Assembly (NCBI RefSeq): GCF_037042905.1
Contig: NC_087246.1
Coordinates: 806,001-870,000 of the forward strand
DNA: 64,000 nucleotides
Direction of reading: 5' to 3'
Source of the DNA: Lytechinus pictus
Lineage: Eukaryota
Shown here: one piece after another, positions 62,101 through 64,000 of the stretch
How the letters are laid out: each line of letters opens with the position of its first letter
Position numbering within the stretch: position 1 is the first letter of the stretch
Made by a program: the position numbers and the translations under genes
Notes under the pieces: model-generated
Databases searched by the model: none
What the model was told of the DNA's origin: nothing
The model's input: the letters and a program-made list of their open reading frames with translations, nothing else

Positions 62101-63438
62101 AAATTATTGTAGCTTGTTGGTGGGTATTTTTTATATTTGATGGCAGTCTGTATGTTATAAGAGTTAAATTTATATATTACATAGGTTATTTTGATTTAGA
62201 TCGGTGATAGGTCAACATGTTATCATAGCTGCAAGGATCGCATTTGTTATATTCTCTTTGTTTGAATTGGATGTCACTTCAGTGAATATAACATTGGTAA
62301 TGAATTGATAAAATATGGAGGAATGTTATATTCAATTATTATTTCATCACTAAACAAGTCTTGGGATTGATTCATAAAGTTACATGTCAATGTTGGATGC
62401 CTGAGTTTTAAGACTAATTTTTTTCTACGACTAATTTTTCTTCTTTTACTTTCCTACATCCACAATAATGTACATTTCTTTATATTATGGTTGATATCCT
62501 TACTTGGTTTATTTTCCTTTCAATCGTGTGCGTTTCCTATTTTGTACATATTTGCAATGTTTTTTATATTATTGTGGAAATAAATGATTTGATTTGAATT
62601 ATTCACGACTTTATGCTCTACTTTATGCAAAAATTTACACATGACATATGCTATTTTTTGTGTGCTTAAAGATTATTGCCCTACAAGAATTTTAATCTGA
62701 TATTATCAGATTTCATCTTATCAGCAATCATATTGATTGAGAATCTAATTTGGTAGCCCAGAATGGGTCACCAATCTTACTGAAAGTCAATTCTTGCATT
62801 ACTTATAAACAGCTTTATGAAACACAACCCTGGCAAGATATGAGTTCAAATCTTATTTTCTCTAGCACTGCAGGTGAAAATAACGATTGCTAGAATTAAG
62901 GGATCCCCTTTGCCTGTAGGCTAAGAGCAATGGAAGATTTTACATTGGTTTTAGACTCAGCTTTTTGTAGATGATTGTTGAATATATCCACCTGCCATGG
63001 AATAGTTTTTATGAATAATACTGATAATAAAAAATGCCATTGATTATGAAAAAAAATTATAGAAGCCCTGGTATAGGTCAAGTTAATGTGGTATTTGATC
63101 AGAAAGCAAGTTGTATAATTAAATCAATAAAAGGAGAGTAAGGATCATCCCTAAAACTTCAATATTTCAATGAATGATAGTTTTAAGAACATTGTCAACA
63201 ATAAGTGTATGAATTGTTTTACCAATCAAGGTGAAGTTTAGCCCAGCAAAACATTCATATAAATTATGATGGCATTCTCTTTTTCTCTTTGTCTCTGTAT
63301 CTTCTCCCTTTCTCTGTCCCCCTCCCTCCCTCTAATATGTCACTATTAGGTTGGTATCATGGCTAAAAAATTCAATATTCCTGGAGTTGCTCGTGATGCA
63401 CCTCAGCTCTCTCTCCCTGGGAAACTCATATTCCCAAG
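17079..63438 (+). CDS. SPPL3: Signal peptide peptidase-like 3 gene span (partial; spliced coding exons listed separately, 3' exons outside window)
   Basis: Seven AG/GT-bounded exons join in consistent phase to give [32 protein letters not shown]...[28 protein letters not shown]...[11 protein letters not shown]...[15 protein letters not shown]...[12 protein letters not shown]...[10 protein letters not shown], which I recognise as SPPL3; the catalytic YD motif is present. Confidence 0.96.
17311..17650. mobile_element. Nested MITE, TIR TTGTACAACGCCT
   Basis: 13-bp perfect TIR inside 17202-17867. Confidence 0.7.
17652..17815. repeat. Fold-back palindromic element (~164 bp)
   Basis: acaaatagcgaata...agatgctctattcaac loop gttgaatagagcatct...tattcgctatttgt. 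Confidence 0.85.
17871..18071. mobile_element. Small MITE
   Basis: ggggtgtttc..aaatatttaagtgtgactta / taagtcactcttaaatctttgtgaaacatcccc. Confidence 0.65.
18757..19355. mobile_element. Probable MITE with duplicated left end
   Basis: ctttattattagagagttttaggagcagtgaac occurs twice ~41 bp apart; right end ctaaaagtgctcaat is an imperfect inverse; CpG-rich interior. Confidence 0.5.
20426..20466 (+). ncRNA. Minimal type I hammerhead ribozyme motif (Penelope-like element type), core variant U4C
   Basis: ACTC-CCGAAGA-[CGGACG attaacc TGCCCG]-AAAC-GTC-GAGT: stem I ACTC/GAGT, imperfect stem II, GAAACGTC minimal stem III; lies in a GC-rich block 20326-20470. Confidence 0.55.
20500..20868 (+). mobile_element. 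5'-truncated LINE 3' end (CR1/L2 group)
   Basis: Translates to ...[27 protein letters not shown]...stop, the usual ORF2 C-terminus, followed by a T-rich UTR and short A-run. Confidence 0.7.
20869..24810. repeat. Satellite-like tandem array, ~254-bp monomer (235-259 bp variants), about 16 copies
   Basis: gagtgaa anchor at 21347, 21601, 21860, 22095, 22354, 22590, 22842, 23078, 23331, 23581, 23834, 24332, 24627 (variant gagtaaa at 24078). Confidence 0.97.
24812..25655. repeat. Degenerate subrepeat block inserted in the satellite
   Basis: Recurrent ttcatctggtagagc, ctacacagaattttgaaa and tttatgctaatttatgcaaaat motifs; satellite resumes at about 25656. Confidence 0.75.
25656..26508. repeat. Terminal satellite monomer split by a TTAA-targeting element
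   Basis: Monomer sequence at 25656-25748 and 26332-26508 is collinear across the insertion. Confidence 0.85.
25749..26331. mobile_element. Kolobok-like non-autonomous DNA transposon, copy 2
   Basis: TTAA target-site duplication inside a satellite monomer, TIR AGGAGAATGAAAC / GTTTCATTCTCCT. Confidence 0.9.
26510..26755. mobile_element. Terminal fragment of a Helentron/DINE-1-like non-autonomous element
   Basis: T-run + ATGCCCC...GGGGCAT hairpin followed by ctgtccttccttcc (GTCY-like microsatellite) and ggtcaaaggtca. Confidence 0.5.
26770..27640 (-). pseudogene. Degraded CR1/L2-group LINE ORF2 fragment (APE endonuclease)
   Basis: Frameshifted ORFs 27258-27560 and 26882-27295 give [49 protein letters not shown]; abrupt jump after GDFN suggests an internal deletion. 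Confidence 0.85.
30089..30192 (+). CDS. SPPL3: SPPL3 exon (104 nt): [34 protein letters not shown]
   Basis: tttttcag acceptor, G|gtaagt donor, RSLNMD motif, phase 2 to 1 fits neighbours. Confidence 0.93.
32726..32842 (+). CDS. SPPL3: SPPL3 exon (117 nt): [39 protein letters not shown]
   Basis: ttttctctctcag acceptor, G|gtaggt donor, conserved SPPL3 sequence. Confidence 0.95.
36715..36880 (+). mobile_element. LINE 3' tail remnant
   Basis: gcaattcagccttcggctgc hairpin, aataaa, (CAATTA)n terminal microsatellite. Confidence 0.55.
39079..43003 (-). mobile_element. Apparently full-length L2-clade non-LTR retrotransposon (LINE), antisense in an SPPL3 intron
   Basis: Uninterrupted APE+RT ORF, 3' UTR with conserved gcgctatacaaat motif and (TAT)n tail; the 5' boundary near 43003 is approximate. 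Confidence 0.9.
39246..42614 (-). CDS. LINE polyprotein, 1122 aa: 2A-like peptide, APE endonuclease, reverse transcriptase
   Basis: APE motifs LNARS, ETWL, GGGVA, GDFN, LDL, SDH; RT motifs [23 protein letters not shown]2-typical LHWLP and GPKLWN C-terminus; DVESNPGP at aa 74-81. Confidence 0.95.
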   Translation of the reverse strand: MEGMRPFFIVSLMLTLLMFSNYHCTTSCIRTCSLPCINVWKQMLVKVKGYSNARILYYNNAIPTFNVTLLISGDVESNPGPDNDGQVNVKAENKLYRPICRSVNTKYLYSTPKLLELNPYNVHSRFKNLRVSEATWKQITTLHINRVKKTHRGKRAGKQTREKAEKNMHLNNDFLSKNIKFAMLNARSVKNKTAELADYIIEHNLDIIAVCETWLSPDDASPIGQLTPHGFTFKHVPRVGRRGGGVAVLFRSHLDVRIVDNPDITSFEMIQMTLNHEQKSLRLIAVYRPPGQRQLQTFFDEFSNLLDRHLLQTSDLIITGDFNIPMDSSTPTSNSFSELLSAYNLTQHINEPTHNRGHVLDLLITQKCNTVQLLKIHVKEGISDHSVLMCEFNIPKRSSNKKLVTTRNLKSLDPKEFANDTHFNSLILTHSCAKSVDEKVNLYNSLLTSALDKLAPKKQLIVTIHPNTEWYNQEIAKAKLLRRQLERRARSTKLEIHKQMYRTQKQHVNALIKKAQSNYHSKKVEDCKKDAKKLYKVANNLLNRKQPSPLPQHFTHGNQLQLANRFNQYFVDKIITIRQHFQIDTVQPSNNVCEPNSMWSEFQPVTLHEIETLVKNSRNKSCELDPVPTDLLKKCSSFLVPIITSIINDSLISGVVPQTFKTAVIHPTLKKLSLDQECLKNYRPISNLSFLSKLLERVVFSQLTSYLQEHELVDPRQSAYRPGHSVETLLVNLTDNIFRELDCDNITALVMLDMSSAFDTIDHAILIHRLTSLGISGTVLDWFTSYLTDRSQYVRIGNFASCKSSLQYGVPQGSVGGPLLFSLYIQPISQILKEHNINYHCYADDIQIYLSFKPSLSSLSLAIGKLEACLKDVKSWLTLNGLKLNDDKSEFLLLGSRKMLSKINYRSCRLNIGSTSITPSDRARNLGVIFDQDMSFRHHLTYVQQSVRYQLRNLSFIRKCLSKPAAEILIHSLISSRLDFANSLFCNLPKKDIIKLQRLQNSAARLLTLTKKSDSITPILRSLHWLPVDKRIIFKILLLVHHSVYSVSPLYLCNSISRYCPTRSLRSSSDTLLLQIPRTRHTWGDRAFSVMGPKLWNELPLRIRQLSSTESFKSQLKTYLFP
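43228..43706 (-). mobile_element. MITE, diverged inverted copy of 3561-4038
   Basis: Collinear reverse-complement similarity, e.g. cgcggggatttttccaaggtcg; TIR gtattcagac / gtctgaatac. Confidence 0.8.
43978..44500. mobile_element. Kolobok-like MITE, right end missing
   Basis: TTAA-AGGACAAGTCCACCC start; internal inverted motifs aaaatttcatcaaaatcgg / ccaattttgatgaaattttc as in 9564-10163. Confidence 0.7.
44744..44902. mobile_element. Short MITE (~155 bp)
   Basis: ggtcacatttgccctacggcggc / gccgccgtagagcaaatgtgac; related copy at 49891-50046. Confidence 0.75.
45358..45436 (+). CDS. SPPL3: SPPL3 exon (79 nt): [27 protein letters not shown]
   Basis: ttttccttgacag acceptor, AA|gtaagt donor, conserved sequence. 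Confidence 0.95.
47052..47352 (+). mobile_element. tRNA-derived SINE with L2-like 3' tail
   Basis: A box TGGTCTAGCGG, B box GGTTCGATCCC, same central domain, gcgctatacaaat + (TAT)n. Confidence 0.88.
49891..50046. mobile_element. Short MITE, same family as 44744-44902
   Basis: tgcagtcatatttcatctatggcagcc / ggccgccataggggaaatgtgactgca; shared aataaaaatgaataa.acggctg. Confidence 0.7.
53488..53759 (-). mobile_element. tRNA-derived SINE, slightly 5'-truncated
   Basis: Reverse complement shows GGTTTGAATCC B box, same central domain, gcactatataaat + (TAT)n tail. Confidence 0.85.
53971..54083 (+). CDS. SPPL3: SPPL3 exon (113 nt): [37 protein letters not shown]
   Basis: ttatctacag acceptor, G|gtaaga donor, conserved GHWLLMD. 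Confidence 0.95.
54006..54600 (+). repeat. Tandem array, ~155-161 bp unit, about 4 copies, made of the last 78 nt of an SPPL3 exon plus 77-83 nt of intron
   Basis: cggaa(a/t)tcatgtcg...ctaatggatg|gtaagaa starts at 54006, 54161, 54316 and 54477. Confidence 0.95.
54956..55185 (-). mobile_element. Probable solo LTR (230 bp)
   Basis: TGTTG...CAACA termini; minus strand has TATATAA (~55090) then AATAAA (~55032); no clear target-site duplication. Confidence 0.45.
59020..59505. mobile_element. Degraded Kolobok-like MITE related to 9564-10163
   Basis: Shared motifs gctgaaaat, aatttcatcaaaatctgataa, gggctgatgatg, ccaattttgat. Confidence 0.5.
60250..60428 (+). CDS. SPPL3: SPPL3 exon (179 nt) with catalytic YD motif (60342-60347): [60 protein letters not shown]
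   Basis: ctactatag acceptor, CCT|gtaagt donor, presenilin/SPP-family YD motif. Confidence 0.97.
60894..61698. mobile_element. Tc1/mariner-like non-autonomous element with long (~280 bp) inverted arms
   Basis: TA-CAGTGCGTCCCA ... TGGGACGCACTG-TA; arms stay complementary far inward. Confidence 0.9.
62465..62600 (+). mobile_element. Possible LINE 3' tail remnant
   Basis: T-rich tract, aataaa, (GATTT)n tail. Confidence 0.35.
63350..63438 (+). CDS. SPPL3: SPPL3 exon (89 nt): [29 protein letters not shown]
   Basis: Pyrimidine tract + ttag acceptor, AG|gtaaat donor, conserved LSLPGKL.FP. Confidence 0.93.
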
Positions 63439-64000
63439 GTAAATATTAATTTATTAATGTTTGTTTCTAATCATTTTATTATTTCATGATGTAGAAGATT
63501 GGATGATGTAATGGTCATATGGCTGTTTAATGGTTAACCCTTTCCTCGTTAAATGGAAAGGAATTAATTGGAATTAGTCTCTTAAAGGAATTACCTACCA
63601 AATCAATTACCAGATTTTCTTTCTTTTTTTCTCCCCTCTTGTTTCAGCAAGAATGTTGAAATTAAAAGCAGTTGCAAAGTATTCTTTACACATTTGTGTG
63701 AAGCCCTTATATTGATCAAGATAATAATGTGAAATTTCTAAACTACCATAAATTATGGTAATGGTGATGATTATTAAATAATGTGAAATAATATTCTGAG
63801 GAGTTTTTATCTCAGATTTATCATATTCACCACCCCCCCCCCCCTCAGAATAAAAAATATATAATAAAAAAAAAACATAACATTAGAAAGTAATGGCATG
63901 AAAGTAACTCACAGGGAAGTTAGTTAGGATAGGGGACAATGATTTGACCTTGTCCATAATTTTCAAGGCATACTTTCCTAAGAGTAAGTATCCTTGTGGG

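Noticed and set aside
63648..63760. Next SPPL3 exon after the pyrimidine tract + CAG at 63645-63647
   Set aside because: Translation lacks the expected HFSMLGxGD motif; the true exon is probably beyond the window

Overview
AT-rich, repeat-dense eukaryotic (animal) genomic DNA; the repeat repertoire looks echinoderm/sea-urchin-like (inference). The window is almost entirely intronic sequence of a + strand signal peptide peptidase-like 3 gene (SPPL3, GxGD intramembrane aspartyl protease). Seven coding exons (17079-63438) join in frame with canonical GT-AG sites, a candidate start-codon exon lies at 6145-6208, and the 3' exons (GxGD and PAL motifs) fall beyond the window. The introns hold an apparently intact antisense L2-clade LINE whose single 1122-aa ORF carries a 2A-like StopGo peptide, degraded LINE fragments, three tRNA-derived SINEs (one sharing its 3' end with the LINE), many non-autonomous DNA transposons (Kolobok-, Tc1/mariner- and Harbinger-like), a ~254-bp satellite with nested insertions, and a Penelope-type minimal hammerhead ribozyme motif. 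The most unusual feature is a 155-bp tandem array that copies the 3' part of one SPPL3 exon plus its donor site, creating three potential in-frame 78-nt exons. Most short ORFs in the supplied track are spurious.
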